Origin: the human T2T-CHM13v2.0 reference genome, Homo sapiens
NCBI GenBank assembly: GCA_009914755.4
Contig: CP086569.2
Span: forward strand, 3,872,001-3,936,000
DNA: 64,000 nucleotides
Direction: 5' to 3'
Shown: in pieces, positions 18,170 to 33,600 of the stretch
Numbering within the stretch: position 1 is the stretch's first letter
Layout of the letters: every line of letters begins with the position of its first letter
Program-made: the position numbers and the translations under genes
The notes under the pieces: generated by a model
Told to the model about the DNA's origin: nothing
The model's database searches: none
The model's input: only the letters and a program-made list of their open reading frames with translations

Positions 18170-21100
18170 CATTTTAGGGACTACTGGACACTGACTCTGA
18201 GCTAACATAAATTCCAGGAGACCCAAAACATCATTGTGGTTCTTCAGTTAAAGTAAGGGCTTATGGATGTCAGGTAGTTAATGGAGTTTTAGCTCAGGTT
18301 CAACTTACAGTAGGTCCAGTAGGTACACAGACTCATCCTGTGGTCATTTCCCCAGTGCCAGAATGCATAATTGGAATAGACATACTTAGCAGCTGTCAGA
18401 ACCCCCACATTGGCTCTCTGACTGGTAAGGTGAGGGCTATTATAGTGGGAAAGGTCAAATTGAAGCCATTAGAGCTGCCTCTACCTCACAAAATAGTAAA
18501 ACAAAAACAATATTTCATCCCCAGAGGGATTGTGGAGATAAGTACCACCATCAAGGACTTGGAAGATGCAGGAGTGGTGATTCCCACCACATCCCTGTTC
18601 AACTCTCCCATTTGCTTTGTGCAGAAGACAGATGGATCCTGGAGAATGACAGTGAATTATCATAAGCTTAACCAAGTGCTGAATTCAATTGCAGTTGCTG
18701 TACCAGATGTGGTTTCATTGTTTGAGCAAATTAACCCATCTCCTGGTACCTGATATGCAGCCATTGACTTGACAAATGTGTTTTTCTCCATGCCTGTCTA
18801 TAAGTCCCACCAGAAGCAATTTACCTTCAGCTGGCAAGGCCAGCAATATACCTTTACTGTCCTACCTCACAGGTATAAAAACTCTCTGACTTTGTGTCAT
18901 AATCTTATTTGGAGAGACCTTCATTGCTTTTCACTTTCACAAGATATCACACTGGTACCTTATATTGATGACATTATGCTGATTGGGTCCAGTGCACAAG
19001 AAGTAGCTAGCACACTGGACTTATTGGTGAGATATTTGCGTGGAAGAGAATGGGAAACAGATTTGACTAAATTTCAGGGACCTTTGACCTCAGTAAAATG
19101 TGTGGGGCCTGTCAAGATATTATTTCTAAGGTGAAGGATAAGTTGCTGTATTTGGCCCCTCCTACAACCAAGAAAGATACAAAGCTGAGTGGGCTTATTT
19201 GGATTTTGGAGGTAACAGATTCCTCAGTTGGGTGTGTTACTCCAGCCCATTTATTGAGTGACCTGAAAGGCTGCCAGTTTTGAGTGAGGTCCAGAATAGG
19301 AGAAGGCTCTGCAACAGGTCCAGGCTGCCATGCAAGCTGCTCTGCCACTTGAGCCATGTGACTCTGCAGATTCAATGGTGCTTGGGGTATCAGTGGCAGA
19401 TAGAGAGGCTGTTTCGAGCCTCTGGCATTCCTCCATAGGTGAATCACAGCAGAGGCCTCTAGGATTTTGAAGCAAGGCCCTGAAATCTTCTGCAGATAAC
19501 TACTCTCCTTTTGAGAGACAGCTCTTGGCCTGTTACTGGGCTTTGGTGGAAACTGAATGTTTGACTATGGGCCATCAAGTCACCATGAGACCTGAACTGC
19601 CTGAAACGAACTTGGTGCTTTCTGACCCATCAAACCATAAAGTGGGTCATGCACAGCAGCATTCTATCATCAAATGGAAGTAGTATATATGTGATTGGGC
19701 TCTGGCAGATCCTGAAGGCACAAGTTATATGAGGAAGTGGCTCAAATGCCCATGTTTTCCACTTATGCCGCCCTGCCTTCTCTCCCTCAGCCTGCACCGA
19801 TGGCCTCATGAGGAGTTCCCTATGATCAGTTGAAAGAGCAAGAGAAGACTAGGGCCTGGTTCACAAATGGTTCTGCATGATATGCAGGTACCACCAGAAA
19901 GTGGACAGCTGCAGCACTACAGCCCCTTTCTAGGACTTGCCTGAAGGACAGCGGTGAAGGGAAATCTTCCCAGTGAGCAGAATTTCAAGCAGTGCAGCTG
20001 GTTGTGCACTTTTCATGGAAGGAGAAATGGCCAGATGTGTGATTATATACTGACTCATGGGCTCTAGCCATTGGTTTGACTGGATGGCCAGGGACTTGAA
20101 AGAAGCAATCTTGGAAAATTGTTGGCAAAGAAATTTGGGTAAGAATTATGTGGATGGACCTTTCTGAGTGGTCAAAAACTGAAGACATTTGTATCCATAT
20201 GAGTGCTCACCAATGGGTGATCTCAGCAGAGGAAGATTTTCATAATTAATTGGATAGGATGACCCATTCTGTGGACATCACTCAGCCTCTTTACCCAGCC
20301 ACCCCTGTATTGCCCAATGGGCACATGAATAAAGTGGCCATGGTGGCAGGGATGGAGGTTATACATGGGCTCAGCCACATGGACTTCCAGTTACCCAGGC
20401 TGACCTGGCTATGGCCAAGTGCCCAGTTTGTCAGCAGCAGACACCAACACTGAGCCCTGGATATGGCACGATTCCTCAGGGTGATCAGCCAGCTACCTGG
20501 TGGCAGGTTGATTATATTGGACCTCTTCCATAATAGAAAGGGCAGAGGTTTGTCCCCACTGGAATGGACACTTATTCTGGATATGGATTTGCCTATCCTG
20601 CACACAATGCTTCTGCCAAGACTACCGTCTGTGGACTCACGGCATGCATTATCCACCATCATGGTATTCCACACAACATTGCCTCTGATCAAGGCATGCA
20701 CTTTACATCTAAAGAAGTGCAACAATGGACTCACGCTTGAGGAATCCACTGATCTTACCGTGTGCCATCATCCTGAGACAGCTAGATTGATAGAACGGTG
20801 GAATGGCCTTTTGAAGTCACAATTACAATGCCAACTAGGTGACAATACTTTGCAGGGCTGGGGCAAAGTTCTCCAGAAGGCCCTGTATGCTCTGAATCAG
20901 CATCCAATACATGGTATTATTTCTCCCATAGCAAGGATTCGTGAGTCCAGGAATCAAGGGGTGGAAGTGGAAGGGGCACCACTCACTATGACCCCTAGTG
21001 ACTCACTAGCAAAATTTTTGCTTCCTGTTCCTGTGACATTACATTCTGCTGACCCAGAGGTCTTAGCTCCAGAGGGAGGTATTCTGCCACCAAAAGAAAC

Positions 21101-21435
21101 AACAATGATTCCATTAAACTGGAAGTTAAGATTGCCACCTGGACACTCTGGGCTCCCCCTACCTTTAAGTCAAAAGGCTAAGAAGGGAGTTACAGTGTTG
21201 GCTGGGGTAAATGACCCAGAATATCAAGGTGAAACCAGTCTACTACTCCACAAGGGAGGTAAGGAAGAGTATACATGGAATACAGGAGATCTATTAGGGC
21301 ATCTGTTGGTGTTAACATGCTCTATGGTTAAGCTCAATGGGAAACTACAACAGCCCAATCCAGGGAGAACTACTAATAGCCCAGACCCTTTAGGAATGAA
21401 GGTTTGGGTCACTCCACCAGGAAAAAAACCATGAC
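18170..21435 (+). pseudogene. pol: HERV-L pol: protease (L-D-T-D-S, a diverged aspartyl-protease motif), RT with YIDD, RNase H, integrase, then dUTPase; split over ≥4 frames by frameshifts and stops
   Basis: Track ORFs 18340-18753 ('...IIGIDILS...CFVQKTDGSWRMTVNYHKLNQV...'), 18769-19134 ('...TLVPYIDDIMLIGSS...'), 20250-20453 (the integrase zinc-binding region) and 20463-21434. The 323-aa ORF 20463-21434 carries the integrase-core motif '...LIERWNGLLKSQLQ...' followed by a dUTPase-like C-terminus '...VLAGVNDPEYQGETSLLLHKGGKEEYTWNTGDLLGHLLVL...'. Confidence 0.8.
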
Positions 21436-21819
21436 CTGCTGAGGTGCTTGCTGAAGGCAAAAGGAATACAGAATGGACAGTAGAAGAAGTTAGTCATCAA
21501 TACCAGTTACTGTTACATGACCAGCTGCAGAAATGGGGACTCTGATTTTCATGACTATTTTCTCTTTCTTTTGTTAAAAACATGTTTGTGAATGTATGCA
21601 CTTCTACTAAGAAAATATTTTCCTTTTTGTTTCCTTTCTCCTTTATCATGTGACATAAGATTTATTAACTTCATATCAGCATTTAAGTATTGTTAACTTT
21701 ATGTAATAGCATTTGGGTTGGGGATTGGTGCATTTCCAGTTGTATGAAGGATAAATATATTATGTTAGGCATAAATATGACCATAACGTGTATGGTTTCA
21801 AGTTGACAAGGGATGAACT

Positions 21820-22432
21820 TGTGATTGTTAATACTGAGTGTCAACTTGTTTGGATTGAAGGATGCAAAGTATTGATCCTGCGTGTGTTCGTGAGGGTTTT
21901 GCCAAAGGAGATTAACATTTGAGTCAGTGGGCTGGGAAAAGTACCCCCACCCTTAGTCTGGGTGGACACCTTCTAATTAGCTGCCAGGGCAGCTGGAATA
22001 TAAAGCAGGCAGAAAAATGTGAAAAGACTAGACTGGCCTAACCTCCCAGCCTACATCTTTCTCCAGTGCTGGATGCTTCCTTCTCTCAAACATTGGACCC
22101 GAAGTTCTTCAGTTTTGGGACTTGGATTGGCATTACTTGCTCCTCAGTTTGCAGATGGCCTATTGTGGGACCTTGTGATCGTATGAGTTAATACTTAATA
22201 ATATCTCATATATATAGATATATATATCTTATATCTATATATATAGGATAGATCCTATATCTATATATATCGATATATATATCTTATATCTATATATTGA
22301 TATATAATATATATCGATATATATAGATATAGGATCTCTCCTATATCTATATATTATATATATTATATATCTCTATATAAGGATGTATATATATATCTTA
22401 TTAATTTTGTCCCTCTAGAGAACCCTAATACA
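21820..22432 (+). mobile_element. HERV-L 3' LTR (MLT2-type), lengthened by an internal AT-rich microsatellite expansion
   Basis: 'tgtgattgttaatactgagtgtcaacttgtttggattgaaggatgcaaagtattgatc...ttgtccctctagagaaccctaataca'. By eye it is ~85% identical to the 5' LTR outside the microsatellite. Confidence 0.85.
22205..22400. repeat. Complex (TA)n/(TATATC)n/(GATA)-type microsatellite inside the 3' LTR
   Basis: 'tatatagatatatatatcttatatctatatatataggatagatcctatatctatatatatcgatatatatatcttatatctatatattgatatataatatatatcgatatatatagatatagg...'. The 5' LTR has only ~34 bp of (TA)n at the homologous site (16163-16196). Confidence 0.9.
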
Positions 22433-22437
22433 AAACT

Positions 22438-25400
22438 CTATCCAAAAAAGCCAAGTAATTCATTAAAACAATTCAGTATTTGAAAGATGAAATACTCATT
22501 TTATAAAAGACCCAAACTGAACTTCTTGGGTTAAAAAAATCACTAAAAGAATTGTATAATACAATCAGTGTTATTAAAGGAAGAGTAGATCAAGCTAAGA
22601 AAAAATGCTCAGAGCTTGACGACCGGTTCTTTAAATCAGCTCAGTAAGACAAAAGTAAAGAATGAAGAAAATTGAACAAAACCTCTGATAAATAATGGAT
22701 TATGTAAAGAGATAAAATCTATGATTCATTGGCATTCCTGAGAGAGAAGAAGAGAGAATAAGAAGCCTGGAAAATATATGTGGGAGAATAGTACATAAAA
22801 ATTTTCATAAACCTGATAGAGAGCTTGGCATGCAAGTCCAAGAAATACAGAGAGCCTCAACCAGAAACTGTAAAAGATGACCCTCCCAAAGGCACATAGT
22901 CATCAAGTTCACCAAGGTCAATGCAAAGAAAAAGATCTTAAAGGCAGCTAGAGAGAAGGGTCAGGTTATATACAGACAGAACTCCATATGGCTACCATCA
23001 GATCTCTCAGCAGAAACCTTATAAGCCAGAAAAGATTGGGGGCCTAGCTTCAGTGCCCTTAAAGAAAAGAAATTCCACCCAAGTATTTCATATCCTGCCA
23101 AACTAAGCTTCATAAGTGAAGGAGAAATAAAAGCTTTCTCTGACAAGCAAATGCTGAGGAAATACAATTTCAAATAAGAATAGCCTCATAAAAGGTCCTT
23201 AAAGGAGTGCTAAACATAGATTAAAAAGAACAACAACAACAAAGACACACTTAAGCACACAGCCCACATACATTATAAAGTAACTGTGTAATAAAGTCTA
23301 CATAGCAACCAGCTAACAACACAATGACAGGATCACAATCACACATATCACACTAACCTTCAATTTAAATGAACTGAACGCCTCACTTAAAAACATAGAG
23401 TGGGAAACTGAATAAAAATACAAGAACCAACCATCTGTTGTTTTTAAGAGACCCTTCTCACATGTAAAGAAACTCACAGGCTACAAGTAAAATTGTGGAG
23501 TAAGATATATCATGCAAATAGAAAACAAAAAAAGAGCTATTCTTATGTCAGATAAAACAGAATTTAAACTAATAAAAATTAAGAAGGATCATGAAGGGCA
23601 TTACATAATGATAAATAGTACAATCCAGCAAGAAACTTTAACGATCTTTAGTGTATATACACCAAACATTGGAGAACACAGATTCATAAAACAACTTCTT
23701 GGTGTATGAAAAAAAAAAACAAAAAACAGACAACCAAACTATAATAGTGGAAGATTTTAACACCACAGTGATAGGATTACAATAAATAATTGTGGCAAAA
23801 ATCTAACAAAGAAACTCTGGACTTAAACTTGACACTTGACCAATTGGACCTAATAAACACCTATAGAAACTCTACCCAACAGCCGCAGAATATACATTCA
23901 TCTTATCTGCACACAGAATATAGTCTAATATTCGCCACCTACTCAGTCATAAAGCAAGCCTGAATAAATGCAAAACAAATTGAAATCATATCAAGCACAC
24001 TCTTGCATCCCAGTGCAATAAAAATATACATCAATATAAATAAGATCTCTCAAAACTATAAAAATGCATGAAAATTAAACAAGTTATTCATGAATATCTA
24101 CTTAGGGAACATTGAAATTTAAACTTAAATACAAAACTTCCTTGAAATTAATAAAAATAAGCACACAACTTACCAAAATCTCTGAGATGCAGGCCAAGTA
24201 GTGTTAAAAGGAAAGTTTATATCTCTAAATGCATTCATCAAGATGTTAGAAAGATCTCAAATTAATAGTCTAACTTTGCACCTAAAGAAACTACAGAAAA
24301 ATGAACAAATCAACCCCAAAGCTACCAGAATAAAAGAAATAACTAAAATTAGATAAGAACTAAATGAAATTGAGATGCAAAAATTCATTAAAAATATCAA
24401 TGAAACCAATAATCGTTTCTTCAAAAAAATAAAAAACATTGATAGGCCCTTAGCTAGATTAATAAAGAACATGAAAGAGAAGATCCAAATAAGCACAATA
24501 AGAAATGACGAAGGTGATAATAAAACTGATCCCATAGAAATACAAAAGATACTCAGAGACTACTACGAACAACTCTATGCACACAAATTAAAAAATCTAA
24601 AGGAAATGGATACATTCTTGGAAGTGCACAATCTTATAAAATTGAATAAGGAAGAGATTAAACTCCAAATAGACCAATGAAAACTTCTAAAATTGAATCA
24701 GTAATAAATAACCTACCAACCAAATAAAAACCCCAGTAACAGATGAATTCACAGATGAATCCTATCAGACATAGAATGATCTGACACCAATCCTACTGAA
24801 ACTATTCCAAAAAATTGAGGAAGAGGTTCTCCTCGTTAACTCATTCTATGAAGGCAGCATCGGCCTGATACCAAAATCCTGCACAATGAAAAATTAAAAT
24901 TTTACACCAATATGCCTCATGAAAATATGCACAAAATTCACAATAAAATACCAGCAAATTGAATGCAACAGCACATCAAAAAGTTAACACAACACAATCA
25001 GGTGGGCTTATTTCTGGGACGCAAGTCTGATTCAACAGGTGCAAATCAATAAATGTGTTTAACCATACAAACAGAATTAAAAATCATATGGATTATCTCA
25101 ATTGACAGAGTAAAAGCTTTCAGTAAAAATCAAAATCCACTTATGATATAAACCCTCAAAAACTAGGCATTGAATGAACATACCTCAAAACAATAATAAC
25201 CATCCACAACAAACTCACGGCCAACATCATACTAAATGAGCAAAAACTGGAAGCTTTTCTCTTGAGAACTGGAGCAAGACAGGGATGCCTACTCTCATTC
25301 CTGCTGTTCAGTATAGTATTGGAAGTCCTAAGCAGAACAATCAAGCAAGGAAAGAAATAAAATGCACCTGAATATTAAAAGAAAAAGTGAAACTATCTCT

Positions 25401-27330
25401 CTTTGCAGACAATGTGACTCTGTACCTAAAAAATCCTAAACGCTCTGCCAAAAAGATCCCAGAACTAATAAACAACTTTAGTAAAGTTTCTGGATATAAA
25501 ATTAATGTACAAAAATTCGTAGCATTTCTTTCTACTGGCAACATCCAGACTAAAAGTGAAATCAAGAACACAATCTCACTTACAATAGCCACAAACAAAA
25601 TGAAATACGGAAAAATTCAGCTAATTAGGTGAAAGATCTCTACAAAGAGAAGTGCAAAACACTGCTGAATGAATTCAAAGATAACAAAACTAAATGGAAA
25701 AACATTCCATGCTCACAAATTAGAAAAATCAATATTATAAAAATGGCCATATAGCCCAAAGAAATGTACAGATTTAATACTATTCCTATCAAACAATCAA
25801 CATCATTTTTCACAGGATTAGAAAACTAATCTAAAATGAATATAAAGCCAAAAAACAGCCCTAATATCCAAAACAATCCCAAGCAAAAAGTACAAAGCTG
25901 GAGGCATCACACTACCCATCTTCAAACTATACTAGAAAGCCACAGTAACCAAAACAGCTTGGTGCCGATACAAAAATGGACACATAGACCAATGGAAAAG
26001 AATAGAAAACTCAGAAATAAAGCTGAACACCTGCAGCCATCTGATCTTTAGTGAGACTGAGCAAGAGAAGCAATGGGGAACAGACATCCTATTCAATAAA
26101 TGGTACTGGGATAACTGGCTAGCCATATACAGAAGATTGAAACTAGATCTCCATGTTTTACCATATACAAAAATTAACTCAAAATGGCTTAAATGAAGGG
26201 CCTCAAACTATAAAAATCCTGAAAAACAACCTAGGAAATACTCCTTTTCATATTTTCCTTGCCAAAGAATTTATGGCTGAGTCTTCAAAAGCAATTGCAA
26301 CAAAAACAGAAATTTACAAAAGGGATACAGTTAAACTGAAGAGCTTCTGAACAGCAAAAGAAACCATCGACAGAGTAAACAGACAACCTACAGAATGGGA
26401 GAAAATATTTGCAAACTATGTATCTAACAAATGTCTAATATCCAGAATCCATGAGAAACTCAAACAAATCCGAAAGCAAAAAACAAATAACCCCACTTTT
26501 TTTTAAATGGGCAAAAGACATGAAGAGACATTCCTCAAAAGAAGATATGCAAGTGGCCAACAAACAAACAAACAAAAAAGTGCTCAACATCACTAATTAT
26601 TAGAAATTTAAATCGAAAGCACAATAAGATACCATCTCACATCAGTCAGAATGGCCACTGATAAAAAGTCAAGAAACAACACTCTGGCCGGGCTGTGGAA
26701 AAATGGGAACAAATATACCATGTTGGTGGGAAAGTAAATTAGTCCAGTCACTGTGGGAAAACATCTAGAGATTTCTTAAAAAACTTAGAGCTACCATTTG
26801 ATCCAGCAATTCCATTATTGGGTATATACCGAAGATAAAATAAATCATTCTATCAAAAAGACACGTATTCTCTTATGTTCATTGTTTTGCTATTCACAAT
26901 AGCAGACATGGACTCAACCTGGGTGCCCATCAATGACAGGTTGGATAAAGAAAATGTGGTCCATATACACCATGGAATACTATGCAGCCACAAAAAAAGG
27001 TTGAAATCATGTATTTTGTGGCAACTTGGATAGAGCTGGAAGCCATAATCTTAAACAAATTAAGAACAGAAAACCAAATACTGCATGTTCTTACTTATAA
27101 GTGGGAGCTAAACATGGAACACACATGGACAAAATTATGGGAAAACCAGACACTGTGGAATACTAGAGGGTGGAGGGAGGGGTTTCCTGGTTAAAAACCA
27201 CCTATTGGGTACTATGATCACTACCTAGGTGATGAGACCCACACTCCAAACCTCAGCATCATATAACATTCCCATGTAACATATCTGTACATAGACTCAT
27301 TATATCTAAAATGAAAGTTGAGAAAACTTA
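22438..27330 (+). mobile_element. Older L1 (L1M/L1PB-like): ORF1 3' two-thirds, ORF2 and 3'UTR. I infer that it was split by the HERV-L insertion and that its upstream part lies left of 15770.
   Basis: The ORF1 C-terminal region is '...ILKAAREKGQVIYRQNSIWLPSDLSAETL*ARKDWGPSFSALKEKKFHPSISYPAKLSFISEGEIKAFSDKQMLRKYNFK'. The ORF2 endonuclease is 'MQIENKKRAILMSDKTEFKLIKIKKDHEGHYIMINSTIQQETLTIFSVYTPNIGEHRFIKQLL' (23512-23709), and RT and C-terminal domains run through ~27200. Confidence 0.8.
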
Positions 27331-27604
27331 ATTTCTACCTTATAGGGCTATATTTGGTATTAAATGTAAATGACTGGCACCATACCTGGTATATTGTAGA
27401 CAGTCCATTACTCTTAGCCTAGGAGCACCCACTTTTCTAATACAATCCCCTTAGTGTTACTGAGAAAAGAATAACAAACTTGTAGTTAACAAACCCCAGA
27501 ATGAAATTTCATGTGTGTAACATAAATTTTTTTCTTTGTTTTCTCTCATTTTTGTTGTGGTTTTCTTTTCTTATTTCTTTTCCTTTTCTTTTCTCAAAAT
27601 CTAT

Positions 27605-27760
27605 TTGTTCTCTGACTCTACCACTTAAATTCTGTGTGACCTTTAGCTAATTACTGAAACTTTTGGAGCCTCAGTTTCTTCATTTTAAAACAGGGTTGAT
27701 AATGTTGTCCTTATAACAATTTTTGGAAAGTTTAAATGAGATTACAAAACAAAATAGAAG
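27605..27760 (+). mobile_element. MIR SINE core fragment
   Basis: 'ctctgactctaccacttaaattctgtgtgacctttagctaattactgaaacttttggagcctcagtttcttcattttaaaacagggttgataatgttgtccttataacaattt...aaatgagat' resembles the MIR consensus ('ctgtgtgaccttgggcaagtcacttaacctctctgagcctcagtttcctcatctgtaaaatggggataataata...'). Confidence 0.6.
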
Positions 27761-28758
27761 AACTCTAATAAACTAAAATTAAAGCAATTAAGTAGTAGTT
27801 TATTTCTTCATAGGAATGTAAATTCTTGGGAGATAAAATTGTTATTATTCCAGACCTCCACAGCCAATAATGATTAATAATATAAAAAATATATTCAGTT
27901 CTTGAAACCATGCTATGTGCCAAACAGCACACAAGTTGATATGGGAGAAAAAGCAATGAATAAGATGCTGCATCTACCCATAAGAAGATTAACACACTGT
28001 AGAGAAATAGAGTATTTATAATGACCGTCAATGTTATTTATAATAAATGCAAAAGGGAAACTGAACATAGCATAGAGGTTGACATGAGGGATATTATTTT
28101 AGTTTAGAGGATAAAAACAACCTTTATGAATGAGATACTGTAAGATGGATTTAAAGAATAAATGCTTTTTGCATTTTGACAAAAATAGTTCAAATATGAG
28201 TTATGAATTAGAAATTCCAAGCAAATGAGATACCTAAAACAAAGTCACAAGAGATTTAGTGAATCCATGACATTTTTGGATAAGTGTGAGACATTCACTA
28301 CTTCAGTTTAGTGGATTTTAGTAGAAAGTTATTTAGAAACCTGCATTGAGACTAGAAGATGAACATTTTTGACTATCAGCCTAGCCAAATACGTTGTAAC
28401 AAACCTGAGTTTTTCAATATTTTTAAATACAGGAGTGGCAAAATCAGAGATGTGCTATAAAAATGACATGTCATAGACAAAATAATGCAGAATAGACACT
28501 GAGTAAAATAGAAGCGGTTCCTTTGTGCATTTCAACATGTTAAGCTTTATCACTTTCAGGTTATTGAAATATATACCTTCACATTACATAGATTATATAC
28601 AGATAGATATAGAGATATGTATCTGTACATACTATATCTTTATATAGAGAAAAAGCTTGAGATATATATATAAAATATAGATAGATACCATAGCTTAATA
28701 AATATATATGTCAACATAAAATACATTATATTGGCAACATTCTCAGATAAATGTACCT

Positions 28759-30689
<1,931 letters not shown>

Positions 30690-33600
30690 TTACATCACAT
30701 CATATGAGATCTTACAGAACAGATCCTTTTATCATGACAAATTAATCATTAGTATTGAATGCTAGTGATGGAAATAAATGATAAAGGAAGTTTATTTTGA
30801 TTCATTAATTGTATATATCATAGAAATGAAAAATAAAGATAATTTACTATATTTAGAAATACTCTGTTTTGGTAGAGAGAATAATTCCTTGAGCACATTT
30901 AGTACAGATTATTGGTCTTGCACACATGGTTAGATTAAAGATAAATATAAAAATAGATTCATTTTTGACCTTCAGAATCTAAAATGTCCAAATGCTCATC
31001 AAAAGAGAGAAAAGTCAATGAGTGAAGGCAGATTGTTTTTCTTTAAAGATTTTCTGCTTGAATGTCACTGCCTCTTAGTGCCCTACAGAACCACAAATTA
31101 TGAGTAGAATAAAAGGATGTACTTTAGAAAATATTGAACCAGATACTTCCAGTGTCTGTGCTATATATTGGGAGAAAATGAAGCACTCTTAATAAATAGA
31201 TAAACTTTTAAATTAGTTATTGCTTCAGTATACCAAATGGTATCCTTGTTGCCCACAATATTTAATGCCTATTCCTAAAGTGTTTAATATATTCTGATAA
31301 ACTATTTACTACTGGGAAACCTTGAATGACTTAGGAGATAATTAATTTAATTTGTGGTTTAGTGAACAACAAACTTTCCTCATTTAATACCTTAAACTCT
31401 GAATCGAAACTTTTTCCATCACAGATGGCTGACAATATACAAGATATAACATATATTAAAAATAGATTGGATGTAATATACTTGGAGCGACACTTGAGCT
31501 CTTCATGGCAGTGCAAAGATACTATAAGATATTTAACTGTGACTGAATCACAGTGAGCACAGTCAGCCACACCTTACTGGTCATTGTCAAGACTCTGTAA
31601 ATCATGTTTGATAAGAACAGAGTTCGTCACAATCACATAAGCATTTATTTCCCTGACAATTAAATGGTGAAAATGTTGGAGATAATATTTAGAACAAGAT
31701 AGAATTACCATACAAAAGCCATTTTCTATCGTAAATCTAATGATAATGCTACACTCTATAAGTCACAAACAATCATGGGTGTTTGCTAATTTTGCAGTAC
31801 TTGCCTTCACTCTTCCAATGGAGAAATAATATTCTCAAAGACAACATTTAATAATAATGCACCATGTACGGTAATCACTTCATTATTAGAAATGTTAACA
31901 AAGCATATATTATCTAGTTTAAAGTTTTATAAAGTGTATTCCTTAAAACATTACATCTACAGGATTAAAGTAGGCCTTGTGTTGAAAAGCAGTTCTCTTA
32001 TCAAATTTACAGAATGTTGAATCAGGCAATATTAAACAGATTTTTTTTGTTTTTAAAAATTGTTTTCCACTGCACATTTTCTCAGAACTTTTAAAAGAGG
32101 TAGAATGCTTCTGACTATAAGATGGGAATATAGTATGTGACATTCCTCAGATGTATTTGAATATGGAGGCTTTTATTCTGTTGTACCTTATGGGAATAAT
32201 ATTCCTTGAAACACTATTTGGGGAGTACAAATCTGATTAAAGCCCCTCACATGAAGCAACTTCCTTAGAGGCAGATAAGCTATATGATATTCCTGAAGGT
32301 TTCAAAGTGACCTAAACAGAATTTAGGTGAAGGCCCCCTAGTTTACTGTCCAATACTTATTCCATTTTCACAATGTGGCTTTCCATTTTAACTGGTAATA
32401 TTTATTTGAAATTTTTTAAAAATCAGTTTTACTCTAAAGTTTAGAGGAAACATTTAAAAAAAGACTAGAAGACTAGAACAGCAGGGTTAGGACAGTTCTT
32501 CTACCAAAGCAGTACACTTTCGAATACACAGTATTATATACAGTATTGCAGTACTTGCCTTTACCCTTCCAATGGAGAAATAATATCCTCAAAGACAACA
32601 TTTAATAATAACACGTCATGTACAGTAATCATTCTGTTAACTTGATAATTTGATAATTACAAATGTTAAAGATATATGTATTTGTAAACTATTCATAAAA
32701 TATGCTTATATACGTTATATTTATTCAGCCTAATCTGTAACCTTACGGGCCATTGTTTTATGATTATCTATTTATATATCTATATTAGAAATGTTAACAA
32801 AGCATAGATTATCTATCTTTTCTTGTGTAGTTTAAATCTCACTCTAAGCATTTGCTGATAGAACAGTTTTGCTTTTCCATGCTGAAGCAATTGAAGAATG
32901 GCCTGGGTTTACCCTGTCAGAATGTCTCACCTATAAACATTTGTACTAAAGTCACAGCAACATTTGAAAGATGCTACAGGAGTAACCCAACTCATAATGT
33001 GGACTTCCAAGATTTTCTGCAAAAATGAGTCAGCCCTTAGTAACTCTTGTCTATGTGTTTAAATATCATTTATGTAATGTGATTAATTAAAAGATTTTAT
33101 TCTTATCATCTGCTTGTATTTTACATCAAACATTTTATAAATGTGTACTAGATGATAAAATAAACTGGTTTTACCTTAAAAGGAAAAGAAAAATAGGTTC
33201 TTTCATCCCTTCCAGAAATTACATTAGCATGAGGACTACACAAGGTGAACACATTCAGATTCAAATCCCTTTACGAAAGAGACCTCTTAATGATACACAA
33301 ATCAATGAAAAGATATATGTATATCTACAATTAAAATTGCCTACTATTAAAAATAAATGGCTACACAACTTAATTTTTTAACTTGCAGACTGTATACAAT
33401 GATATATAGCTATTTGAAATTGATATTAGAATTCTTAAGTGCAGTATTTATTGTTGCTGGGCCAAATATTCCTGTGGAAAAGCACAGGTGTGAAATTGTA
33501 ACTGAGAAAATGTGACTTTGTATATCGTTATTAATTCACATTATGCACACATTTTAGAAGCATATTTTATGTATAAGATCAAACTGTGTCATTCTTTCTT

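Noticed and set aside
20463-21434. 323-aa ORF with a dUTPase-like domain; I considered whether it is a free-standing host dUTPase or an exapted gene
   Set aside because: It is embedded in-frame with integrase motifs inside a provirus whose upstream pol is frameshifted. It has no independent promoter or initiator context and is flanked by LTRs. I therefore call it a retroviral pol remnant, and exaptation remains only a hypothesis.
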